Source of the DNA: Chloroflexota bacterium
Lineage (GTDB): Bacteria > Chloroflexota > Anaerolineae > DTLA01
Direction: 5' to 3'
Length of the DNA stretch: 64,000 bases
Assembly: GCA_014360805.1 (NCBI GenBank)
Contig: JACIWU010000006.1
Location: 8,199-72,198, forward strand
A model generated the notes under the pieces. That model was not told the DNA's origin. It made no database searches and saw only the letters and a program-made list of their open reading frames with translations. Made by a program: the position numbers and the translations under genes. The stretch's first letter is position 1. Each line of letters starts with the position of its first letter. Positions 8,644-16,262 of this stretch are shown in pieces.

Positions 8644-10899
8644 ATGGACAATCTCTTTCGTGCCCATCGGCGCCGATGGCAGCGAATCGGCGCCCTTGTT
8701 TGGGTTTGCCTCATCGTGGCGCTGGCCACCGCGCCCGGGGCCTCGGCCGCCGTGCAGCCGCTCTCCATCCGCCAAATCGCCGAGCAGGGCGATACCGGCA
8801 TCGTCGGCACCGTCGTCGGCCTGGCCCCGCATTGGAACGCCGCCCACACGCTCATCGTAACCACCGTTACCCTGCGCGTGGAGCATGTGCTGAAGGATAG
8901 CGCAGGGCGGATTTCCAATCAGCCCGAGGGCGTTCCCACCCAATACTCCTTTGACATTCCCGGCGGCGAGGTGGACGGGCTGGCCCTAGGCGTATCCGAC
9001 GTGGCCACGTTCAGCGTGGGTGATCGCGTCATCCTGTTCTTGCGGGACACCGACCTGCGCACCGTGGGCGGGTTCCAGGGCCGCTTCTGGGTGGACCGCG
9101 GGCGCGTGTACCGCGAAGACCTGGCGCCGATGCCGCTCGCCGACTTCCTGCGCGAACTCGCCGGCGTCCCCGGCGTGCGTGTCCCCGACGCGCTGTGGGC
9201 CGAAGCCAAGGCCGTGGACCTCACCGCCTCCGCGGCAGCGCCCGTCATCACGGGCATCACCCCCACCATCGGCCACGCGCACCAGGACGAACTGCGCAGT
9301 TCCGGCACGGGGTGCGCCGACACTTCCACGCTGGTTACCATCAACGGCTCCGGGTTCGGCGCAACCCAGGGCACCGGCCGCGTGGAATTCCTCCAGGTCG
9401 GCTCCCAACGAGTGCAGGGCTGCGTCGTGTCGTGGTCCGACTCGCAGATTCGCGTGCGCGTCCCGGGCGGGGCGTCTTCGGGGCCGGTTCGCGTCGTAAC
9501 GGCGGGCGGCACCAGCAACGCGGTGAACTTCACGGTAACCTACTCCTACGCGGGGGCCAAATGGCCCAAGGGCGCCTATCCTCAGCCCATGCCCAATTTC
9601 TATTATGTCAACCCAAACACGACCGACACCACCGACGAACTGGACGCCGTCCTGGCCGCCATGAACACCTGGAGCAGCGTGGCCGGAGCCGATTTCTTCT
9701 TCCGTGATGGCGGCACGACGACCAAATCCGACGCCACCGCCGACGGCCAGAACGTGATCTCGTGGGTCAACCGCGACACAGGCTCCATCGCCACCAACTA
9801 CTTCTGGTGGTACACATCAGACCCGCACACGATCATAGAGTCCGACATCGTGTTCAACGACCTGACCTACACCTGGAGCACCAACGGCGCGCCCGGCACC
9901 ATGGACGTCCAGAACATCGCCACCCACGAGTTGGGCCATTCGCTGGTGCTGCTGGACTTGTACGGCTCCCCCGACACGCACAAGACCATGTACGGGTTCG
10001 CCGGTGCGGGCGAGACCAAGAAGCGTTCCCTGGAAGCGGAAGATGAGGCGGCCATCGCGTATGTGTATCCGGCGGCCGCTACGCCAACGCCGACACTAAC
10101 CCCCACCCGCACGCCCACCGCCACCCGCACCCCCACGGCGACGGCTACGCCCACGCGCACGCCCACCGCCACCCGCACCCCCACGGCGACGGCTACGCCC
10201 ACGCGCCGCCCGACGAACACCCCCGGCCCATCGCCCACCTGGGTGCCCGGCGCGCAGGCGCGGCTATGGCTGCCAATCATCTTCCAACAGTGGAACCTGC
10301 CGCCGCCCACGCCCACACCCACGGCGACGCGAACGCCCACCATGACGCGCACCGCCACCCGCACGCCCACGCGCACACCCGCGCTGTCGGAACTGGCGCG
10401 CGACAACGGGGCAGCCGAGGGGTACAATGAGGCCTCCACATCGGGCGACGCCGTGGCCATCGTGCTGGAAGCCGCGCCCGCCCTGTACCCAATCCGGCCC
10501 GTGTCGGTGCGGGTGATGCTGTACCCCGTTGGCGGCGCGACGAGCGTTGTCGTGAAGCCGCAGATCTACGCCATGAGCGGGGGCACTCCCGGCCCCCTCC
10601 TGGCCGAAGGCGCTCCGCAGACGATCACAACCTTCCATCCGAACTGGGCCACCGTGGACCTCTCGTCGGCAGGACTCGTCTTGCTGAGTCCCCAGCCGGT
10701 GCTCGTCGCCATTCGCTACCAGAGCGGCACCGTGGGCACAACGCCGTCCGTTACCATGGACTCTTCGGCGATCATCCCAATAGGGGCGAACTTCTACGAC
10801 CGCGGCCTCGGTTGGGAAGAGCACTATGCGTTCTGGCAGTACCCCTGGAGCGTGGGCTACAACATGATCCGCCTGGTGGTGCAGACCAACGTGCAATGA
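8644..10899 (+). CDS. secreted zinc metalloprotease (metzincin/matrixin-like) with IPT/TIG domain, PT linkers and a C-terminal beta domain
   Basis: Signal/TM is [24 protein letters not shown]-like segment: PVITGITP...[10 protein letters not shown]...[17 protein letters not shown]. Zinc site [16 protein letters not shown], with KTMY as a Met-turn candidate. TRTPT linkers are present. Confidence 0.85.
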   Translation: MDNLFRAHRRRWQRIGALVWVCLIVALATAPGASAAVQPLSIRQIAEQGDTGIVGTVVGLAPHWNAAHTLIVTTVTLRVEHVLKDSAGRISNQPEGVPTQYSFDIPGGEVDGLALGVSDVATFSVGDRVILFLRDTDLRTVGGFQGRFWVDRGRVYREDLAPMPLADFLRELAGVPGVRVPDALWAEAKAVDLTASAAAPVITGITPTIGHAHQDELRSSGTGCADTSTLVTINGSGFGATQGTGRVEFLQVGSQRVQGCVVSWSDSQIRVRVPGGASSGPVRVVTAGGTSNAVNFTVTYSYAGAKWPKGAYPQPMPNFYYVNPNTTDTTDELDAVLAAMNTWSSVAGADFFFRDGGTTTKSDATADGQNVISWVNRDTGSIATNYFWWYTSDPHTIIESDIVFNDLTYTWSTNGAPGTMDVQNIATHELGHSLVLLDLYGSPDTHKTMYGFAGAGETKKRSLEAEDEAAIAYVYPAAATPTPTLTPTRTPTATRTPTATATPTRTPTATRTPTATATPTRRPTNTPGPSPTWVPGAQARLWLPIIFQQWNLPPPTPTPTATRTPTMTRTATRTPTRTPALSELARDNGAAEGYNEASTSGDAVAIVLEAAPALYPIRPVSVRVMLYPVGGATSVVVKPQIYAMSGGTPGPLLAEGAPQTITTFHPNWATVDLSSAGLVLLSPQPVLVAIRYQSGTVGTTPSVTMDSSAIIPIGANFYDRGLGWEEHYAFWQYPWSVGYNMIRLVVQTNVQ

Positions 10900-10934
10900 G
10901 CGCGGGCCGCCGTACCGCCTCCACCGCCGGACAC

Positions 10935-11003
10935 GCAGGGCGGCTTTCCATAGCCGCCCGCCCGTCCCCTCGCCCCGCCTGCGGGGAGAGGGTTAGGGTG
11001 AGG
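10935..11003 (+). repeat. REP-like family A unit
   Basis: GCAGGGCGGCTTTCCATAGCCGCCCGCCCGTCCCCTCGCCCCGCCTGCGGGGAGAGGGTTAGGGTGAGG, near-identical to 3419-3490. Confidence 0.85.
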
Positions 11004-11026
11004 AATGACCCGCGCACGCAAAACAT

Positions 11027-11109
11027 GTAGGGCGGCTTTCCATAGCCGCCCCGCTGTCCCCTCGCCCCGCTCGCGACGAAAGGGCCAGGGTGAGGGGTCG
11101 CCCTCACCC
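11027..11109 (+). repeat. REP-like family A unit ending in a GGGTGAGGG/CCCTCACCC hairpin
   Basis: Second tandem family A copy. The terminal 9-bp hairpin (11088-11109) overlaps the stop codon of the minus-strand YcxB-like gene and could act as its terminator. Confidence 0.8.
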
Positions 11110-11655
11110 TTCGCGGCGCAGTTTCGCCCGATCGCCCAGGGCGCGCCGCACGATCTCCCGAAAGCGTGCGACCTGCTCATCCGAGGCGAAGCACGTCTTG
11201 GGCAGGAAGACCGCCCCCTGGCGAGGCAGCAGCAACAGGAAATCGTGAGGCGTCTCCACCACTTTGGCGAACGTGTCCCACGTACCCGTCTGCTCGTTGC
11301 GCCCCCGATCCGAGGTAACGCGCTGCACGAACCCGTCGTCGGAGAAAACGTAGAAGATGCGCTCGTTGTTGGCGCGCTGGCGGGCGATGACGCGAGCGCC
11401 CTGCCGCCGCAGCGACAACCACAGCACCACCGGCACCAGCAGGAACAGCAGGATAGGAGCCTGGGCCAGCAGCGCCCGCCCGAACCCCATGGCCGCGGCG
11501 TCGCGTATGGCCAGGTACATCGCGTACACAATCGCCACTGCGGTCAGGGTGAGGATTGCGACAAATGTGGGTTGGGTGAACAGCAGGCGCGTGGTGGCGC
11601 GGATGTAATCCGTCAGGTCAAAGCGGAGTTCCACCTCTACGTTTTCGCTCGGCAT
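11104..11655 (-). CDS. YcxB-like membrane protein (183 aa)
   Basis: ORF 11104..11724. I chose ATG 11655, preceded by GGAGG. It has two central TM helices and a C-terminal WDTFAKVVETPHDFLLLLPRQGAVFLPK pattern typical of the YcxB family. Confidence 0.7.
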   Translation of the reverse strand: MPSENVEVELRFDLTDYIRATTRLLFTQPTFVAILTLTAVAIVYAMYLAIRDAAAMGFGRALLAQAPILLFLLVPVVLWLSLRRQGARVIARQRANNERIFYVFSDDGFVQRVTSDRGRNEQTGTWDTFAKVVETPHDFLLLLPRQGAVFLPKTCFASDEQVARFREIVRRALGDRAKLRREG

Positions 11656-11744
11656 GGGGCCTCCTACGGGCGATGTCCCTCGGCGGGGCAATGGCATTGT
11701 AGCAGCGCCGTCGCGGGGCGTCAATTCGCGTCCATGCCCGAAGT

Positions 11745-11773
11745 TTGGCTGCGCGGTCCATTGCCGCTATACT
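11745..11773 (+). promoter_or_regulatory. sigma-70-like promoter TTGGCT-17-TATACT, 6 nt before ATG 11780 (leaderless mRNA candidate)
   Basis: TTGGCT at 11745-11750 and TATACT at 11768-11773. The ATG starts at 11780 and no Shine-Dalgarno sequence is present. Confidence 0.45.
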
Positions 11774-11779
11774 TGCGCC

Positions 11780-12190
11780 ATGACGCAGGAACCCGACTAC
11801 TACGCCATTCTACAGGTGCACCCCAACGCCGAGCCGGAGGTGATTGACGCGGCCTATCGGCGGCTGGCGGCCAAGTATCACCCCGACGTGAACCCGAGTG
11901 CCGATGCCACGGCCCGCATGCAGCAGATCAACGAGGCGCACCGCGTGCTCAGCGACCCGTCGCTGCGCGCCGCCTACGACGCGCGCCGCGCCCGTGCGGT
12001 GTCGCGCCCCGCGCCGCCCGACGCCCCGCGCGCCGACCTGTGGCAGCAGGCGCGCAGCATCATTGGCTGGTTTCTGGTGCTGGTGCTGTTAGGGGAAATC
12101 TATCGGCGCGTGGGCGGCCGCGGCCTTCTGCTCATCCTCGTCCTCGGCGGCGTGTTCTATCTCCTCTGGAAGTCGCGCCGCATCTTCTAG
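11780..12190 (+). CDS. J-domain (DnaJ-like) protein with C-terminal membrane anchor (136 aa)
   Basis: DYYAILQVHPNAEPEVIDAAYRRLAAKYHPDVNP contains the HPD motif. Two C-terminal hydrophobic helices (IIGWFLVLVLLGEIY, LLLILVLGGVFYLLW). Confidence 0.85.
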   Translation: MTQEPDYYAILQVHPNAEPEVIDAAYRRLAAKYHPDVNPSADATARMQQINEAHRVLSDPSLRAAYDARRARAVSRPAPPDAPRADLWQQARSIIGWFLVLVLLGEIYRRVGGRGLLLILVLGGVFYLLWKSRRIF

Positions 12191-12198
12191 CCCCGCCG

Positions 12199-13104
12199 CT
12201 ACGACCAGAACCGCACCGCGTCCACCATGAACGTCTCAAAGTTGATGGTGCCGCGGTAGAACTGCAGGGAGTAGTAGGCAATGTCGGCGGCGCGTAGGCC
12301 CGGCGACGAGTCGGCGGGGAAGTTGACGAACCCCGCCCCCCACGGCGTGCCCCACTGCCACGTCAGGTAGTCGCCCGAAGCCAGGTTGCCCAGGATGAGG
12401 AAGTAGTACATGGGGTAGATGGGCACGGTGCTCCCAACCTGCGTGCGCACGCCCCCGATGCACTTGTACCCCTTGATGCCCGCGCCCGACATCTCAAACT
12501 CCGTGTAGTTGTCGGCGTCCCTCACCGAACGGAGCACGAATTTGGCGCTGGTGGCCGGATAGAAGAACACGAGCGCCATCTTGTAGCGCGGCAGTTTGCC
12601 CGGGTCCGTGCAGCGCAGTTCGGCGGGGTTCGGGTTCGCGCCGGTGGACTGCCAAACGTACAGCCAGTGTGGGTACATGCTCACGCTCCAGCCCGATCCG
12701 GTGGCCGCGCCGGGTTCCGCGGCCCATGCCCAGCCGTTGGCGCCGATGGGGCTGGCGGTGAACTCGGTGTCGTGGACGTTGGGCGACGACGGGGCGGCGA
12801 CGCGGTTGTACCATCGGGATGCGAGCGACGCCGGGCCGAAGGCATTGTCCAGGCGGTCGTGCGCGTGCTGAATGGTCTGATCGGGGCTGGCGAGGGCCGC
12901 GCGCGACGCGACGATCAGGGCCTGGTCGGGCGGGTCGGCCGGGTTGGCCCAGACCTCCACCAGCGCGCCCGGGGCGAGCATGGCGGCGTCCACGTGGGTC
13001 GCCACGCGCACCGACTCGGTGCGGCGGTCGGCGTCGCCCCAGTACTCTACCACGGCGACGCGCGCGTTGGCGTCAAATGAGCGCACGATGGCTTTGCGCA
13101 GCAC
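12199..13104 (-). CDS. hypothetical protein, beta-rich, no signal peptide (301 aa with the GTG start)
   Basis: ORF 12199..13290. The upstream part of the ORF runs into repeat DNA. The best start is GTG 13104, preceded by GGGGAGG at 5-nt spacing. A weak TTATCA-17-TACATT promoter lies at 13139-13167 (minus strand). I recognise no family. Confidence 0.55.
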   Translation of the reverse strand: MLRKAIVRSFDANARVAVVEYWGDADRRTESVRVATHVDAAMLAPGALVEVWANPADPPDQALIVASRAALASPDQTIQHAHDRLDNAFGPASLASRWYNRVAAPSSPNVHDTEFTASPIGANGWAWAAEPGAATGSGWSVSMYPHWLYVWQSTGANPNPAELRCTDPGKLPRYKMALVFFYPATSAKFVLRSVRDADNYTEFEMSGAGIKGYKCIGGVRTQVGSTVPIYPMYYFLILGNLASGDYLTWQWGTPWGAGFVNFPADSSPGLRAADIAYYSLQFYRGTINFETFMVDAVRFWS

Positions 13105-13227
13105 GGCAGCCTCCCCGATGGGATTCCACGGTAGCCGCAATGTAGCGCAGCCCATCGGGCTTGATAAGGGCGACGGGGTCAGAAGCCGAAGGCGCATGGG
13201 TTTGCCCGTAGGTTCGCCCGACGCGGA

Positions 13228-13298
13228 AACATCAGGCTGAACGGGCCAAGCCCTGCGGGCTGGCGTCATCCACGAATAACACGAATCCACACGAAGGG
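13228..13298 (+). repeat. family B element (CATCRGGCTGAACGGGCNAAGCCCTGCGGGCTGG arm plus ATCCACGAATAACACGAATCCACACGAA units)
   Basis: The same two-part arrangement occurs at 17421-17530. CACGAA/CGCGAA unit copies also occur at 20436, 20986, 27886, 32707, 38765, 59180 and 59289. Confidence 0.8.
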
Positions 13299-13359
13299 TG
13301 TTGGGCCTGCCCGCAGGGGCGACCCGCGGGTCCCCCTGCGCGGTGCGCCGCGCAAACGC

Positions 13360-13477
13360 CCCTCACCCTAGCCCTCTCCCGCGGCGGGAGAGGGAACGAC
13401 AGCCCGCCCGCTCGCACGCGCCACCCCCTTCTCTCCCCGCCTGCGGGGAGAGAAGGGGGCCAGGGGGATGTGAGGGG
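13360..13477. repeat. two GC-rich palindromic units of the family A 3' type
   Basis: CCTCACCCTAGCCCTCTCCCGCGGCGGGAGAGGG lies at 13360-13394. CCCCCTTCTCTCCCCGCCTGCGGGGAGAGAAGGGGGCCAGGGGGATGTGAGGGG lies at 13424-13477 and is near-identical to 27809-27862. Confidence 0.8.
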
Positions 13478-13493
13478 TTCCCGCCCCCGTGCC

Positions 13494-15686
13494 CTACCGC
13501 CCCGCCTTCGCGCGCACCTCTGCCAGATACGCGGCGTCCTTCTCCGCGTCGGGGTGGCCGATGGCCTGCTCGTAGTCCACGCGCACCTGCATCAACTCCG
13601 CGGCGCGGGCGTAGTCGCCTCGCTGTTCCGCCAGCAAGCCCAAGTTCCATGAATGAATGCTTTGATTACGCTGGTCTCCGATTTCTTTGGCTATGGCAAT
13701 TGCACGTTCGTAGAGCGGTATCGCTTTCTCTGCCTCCCCTAGCCTTTGGTAGGCGATGGCAAGGCAGCCGAGGGCGTTGCCTTCCCCGCGGCGGTCCCCG
13801 ATCTCGCGGGCAATGGCCAGACGCTGCTCGTAGAACGCAATGGCGCGGCGGGGGTCCCCCAGGTCGGCGTAGGCCAGCCCCAGGTTGCCGAGGGCCGCCC
13901 CTTCCCCGCAGCGGTCCCCGGTCTCGCGGGCGATGGCCAGGTGCTGCTCGTAGAACCCGATGGCGCGGCGGGGGTCCCCCAGGTCGGCGTAGGCCAGCCC
14001 CAGGTTGCCGAGGTGAGCCCCTTGCGCCCGTTTGTCCCCCAGATGCCGCGCCGCCTCCAGCGCCGCCTCCAGCACCGGTATCCGCTCCCTCGGCGTCATC
14101 CGCAAATCCAGCACGTAGGCCATCCTGCTGGCGAAGTCGCTCAGCCACCGCGCGGCCGCCTTGTCGTAGGGGCGAGCCGCCGGCCCGCCCCTACCGAAGA
14201 TTTCCTTCATCCACGCCCAAGCCGCCCGCAGGTGCGGCAGCGCCGCGTCAAACCGCCGCAACCCCTCCACGGCGTCGGTCTTGTACAGGTCGTCGGCCGC
14301 GCTGCCCGCCGCCAGGTAGTATGCGGCATGGCGGCGCCGCGCCCCGTCCAACCCCTCCGGCGGCTCGGCCAGCGCGTACTCCCGCAGCAGGTCGTGCAGG
14401 GCGTAGGTCCCCTTCGCCTCGTCGTACTCCACCAGCGACCACCGGTACAGTTCGGTCAGGGCGTCGCGGGTTTCGTCGTCGGGCAGCGGGACCGGAACCC
14501 GTTGCCCCGCAAGCGCGGACACCAGTTGCGCTACCACGTCGCGCAACTCCTGCGGCACTTCCTCGCCCAGATCGGGCAGTTCGGATGGAAACTCCCCTTC
14601 CTTGCCCCACACCGCGGCGGCGGCCTGCCGCTCAAACGGCGCGGGGAACACCCCGAGCAGCCGCCACCGCCGGGCCAGCGCCGGCGACTGCTTCTCCAAC
14701 TGCCGCACGCTCACCTCCAACGACGCCCGCACGCTCCCCTCGCCTTCCGCGTCCAGATGCTTCAGCCGCTCCGCCTCCAGCGCCGCGATGTATTCCTCCA
14801 CCGGCCACGTGCGATTCTGCACCAGAAACGACGCCGCGATGCGCAGCGCCAGCGGCAGGCGCCCGCACAGGTCCGCGATCCTCGCCACCTGCTCGTCCGT
14901 AACCGCGCGCCCGCCCGCCTTCAGGATGCGGCGGATCAGGTCCCCCGCGTCCTTCGGCGACAGGACGTCCAGGTTCTTGTCCAGGCACGCCCCGTGCAGG
15001 GCGAACCGCCGCCGCGACGTTACGACGACGGCCCACCCCGCGGGCGGCGGAAGGAGCGGCCGCACCTGGGCGGCGTCGGCGGCGTTGTCCAGCAGCAGGA
15101 ACCCGCGCGCGCCGGCCATGACCTGCCGGCACAGCGCCTGGAGTTCGCCGAGCGAGTCGGGGAGTTTGGCCGCCGGCGCGAAGGCGCGGACCACCTCGGC
15201 CAGGACCTGCTCGGGGGTCTTGGGCGCGTCGCCGACCTGGAGGGCGATCTCCAGTTGGGCGTCGGGGTAGTCGGCGGCGAGGAGTTGGCCCACCTTGCGG
15301 GCCAGTTCGGTCTTGCCGATGCCGCCCATGCCGCGCAGGCCGGATATGAGGGCCGAGTCGCAGCGGCCATCGGGCTTGAGGGCGGCGGTGAGTTCGGCGA
15401 TGTCGGCTGTGCGGCCGGTGAAGTCGGCCACCGGCGCGCCGAGGGTGTAGAGGGTGGGCGGGAACAGCCATTCCAGCGCCTCTTTCGTCAGGACTATGTC
15501 CCCGGTGAGGATGGTGCTGCCCTCCGCGTCGCCTGCGATGGCCACGCTGCGTTGTCCCCCAGCCACGGCCAGGCGGATGACACCTTTGCCTTTGGCCTCC
15601 TGCAACAGGCGAAGATCGTCCTCTGTAGCCTGCCTGCGGTTCAGGCGTTCCAGCGCCTCGCGGATGGCCGATGCGATGTCTGCCAT
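13494..15686 (-). CDS. NLR-like STAND NTPase: short N-terminal beta-motif + NB-ARC + TPR repeats (730 aa)
   Basis: GGAGG precedes ATG 15686. Walker A GMGGIGKT, Walker B FLLLDNA, GRLPLAL (GLPL-type motif). C-terminal TPR units such as LGNLGLAYADLGDPRRAIGFYEQHLAIARETGD are repeated. N-terminal residues ~44-66 read QRSVAIAGDAEGSTILTGDIVL. Confidence 0.9.
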   Translation of the reverse strand: MADIASAIREALERLNRRQATEDDLRLLQEAKGKGVIRLAVAGGQRSVAIAGDAEGSTILTGDIVLTKEALEWLFPPTLYTLGAPVADFTGRTADIAELTAALKPDGRCDSALISGLRGMGGIGKTELARKVGQLLAADYPDAQLEIALQVGDAPKTPEQVLAEVVRAFAPAAKLPDSLGELQALCRQVMAGARGFLLLDNAADAAQVRPLLPPPAGWAVVVTSRRRFALHGACLDKNLDVLSPKDAGDLIRRILKAGGRAVTDEQVARIADLCGRLPLALRIAASFLVQNRTWPVEEYIAALEAERLKHLDAEGEGSVRASLEVSVRQLEKQSPALARRWRLLGVFPAPFERQAAAAVWGKEGEFPSELPDLGEEVPQELRDVVAQLVSALAGQRVPVPLPDDETRDALTELYRWSLVEYDEAKGTYALHDLLREYALAEPPEGLDGARRRHAAYYLAAGSAADDLYKTDAVEGLRRFDAALPHLRAAWAWMKEIFGRGGPAARPYDKAAARWLSDFASRMAYVLDLRMTPRERIPVLEAALEAARHLGDKRAQGAHLGNLGLAYADLGDPRRAIGFYEQHLAIARETGDRCGEGAALGNLGLAYADLGDPRRAIAFYEQRLAIAREIGDRRGEGNALGCLAIAYQRLGEAEKAIPLYERAIAIAKEIGDQRNQSIHSWNLGLLAEQRGDYARAAELMQVRVDYEQAIGHPDAEKDAAYLAEVRAKAGR

Positions 15687-15728
15687 AGCGCGCCTCCTGT
15701 CAAGCGCAGGTCGGAGCGTGCTGCGCCC

Positions 15729-16040
15729 CTAACGCTTGTCTTTGATGTTGCCCGTTACGATGGTGCTCCCCTTCACGTCGCCCGCGATGGCGACGCTGCG
15801 GTCGCCTTCGGCGTGGGCCTTCCGCTCTGCATCCCGCCGCGCTCGGGCAGCGCGCCTGGCGGACGGCAACCGCGCGATGATCAGCCCGACGCCGGCCAGG
15901 CCGATAAGAGCCAGCACCGGCCACACCCATCCGAATTCCTCGGGCAGGAATCCGTAGGACGCCAGCGCGCCCAGAAGGCCTACCAGGGCGATGCCCGCCT
16001 TGACCCAGTCCGCTACAGAACCCCACTCTTTGTCGTCCAT
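15729..16040 (-). CDS. two-TM mini-protein (103 aa) whose C-terminus carries the same motif as the NLR N-terminus; putative membrane effector
   Basis: Complete ORF ending 42 nt upstream of the NLR start, same strand. Hydrophobic helices are GIALVGLLGALASYGF and VWPVLALIGLAGVGLIIA. The C-terminus reads DRSVAIAGDVKGSTIVTGNIKDKR. Confidence 0.75.
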   Translation of the reverse strand: MDDKEWGSVADWVKAGIALVGLLGALASYGFLPEEFGWVWPVLALIGLAGVGLIIARLPSARRAARARRDAERKAHAEGDRSVAIAGDVKGSTIVTGNIKDKR

Positions 16041-16057
16041 GGCCTACCCCCCGTACC

Positions 16058-16133
16058 GGCGGCTAGGGATAGCCGCCCTACGACTACGACTCGCCGACCG
16101 CTGACGGCTATCGGCTATCGTCCGACCGCTGCC
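16058..16133 (-). repeat. family A hairpin (inverted) plus family D (GACCGCTGAC-type) units in the 5' UTR of the mini-protein/NLR operon
   Basis: GGCGGCTAGGGATAGCCGCCCTAC at 16058-16081 is the reverse complement of the GTAGGGCGGCT..AGCCGCC type. CGCCGACCGCTGACGGCTATCGGCTATCGTCCGACCGCTG lies at 16092-16133. Confidence 0.7.
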
Positions 16134-16136
16134 CCC

Positions 16137-16166
16137 ATTCTACCCCACCCCCGCGCGGCGCGTCAA
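16137..16166 (-). promoter_or_regulatory. sigma-70-like promoter TTGACG-18-TAGAAT (minus strand) for the mini-protein/NLR operon
   Basis: Reverse complement: TTGACG (16161-16166), an 18-nt spacer, TAGAAT (16137-16142). It lies about 95 nt upstream of ATG 16040. Confidence 0.45.
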
Positions 16167-16186
16167 GGCGCATTTGCGCACGCGCA

Positions 16187-16215
16187 TTGACACGCGCACA
16201 GCCCTGCGCTACAAT
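16187..16215 (+). promoter_or_regulatory. sigma-70-like promoter TTGACA-17-TACAAT
   Basis: TTGACA at 16187-16192 and TACAAT at 16210-16215. GAAGGAGG and ATG 16263 lie downstream. It is divergent from the minus-strand promoter 20 nt away. Confidence 0.5.
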
Positions 16216-16262
16216 GGCGCCGGCACCCAACGGACGACGTTTACCCCGCGAAGGAGGCGACC

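Noticed and set aside
12199-13290. Prophage or IS remnant around the orphan gene and repeat island
   Set aside because: No integrase, transposase, terminase or capsid-like genes are present, and no att-like direct repeats were found. The N-terminal part of the long ORF is just repeat DNA (DSCYSW peptide).
13298-16190. Plus-strand ORFs of 534 aa (13298..14902) and 814 aa (13746..16190)
   Set aside because: They are antisense to the NB-ARC/TPR gene and the mini-protein. They are low-complexity (Arg/Pro/Ala/Gly-rich) and have no recognisable domains, whereas the minus strand has Walker, GLPL and TPR motifs.
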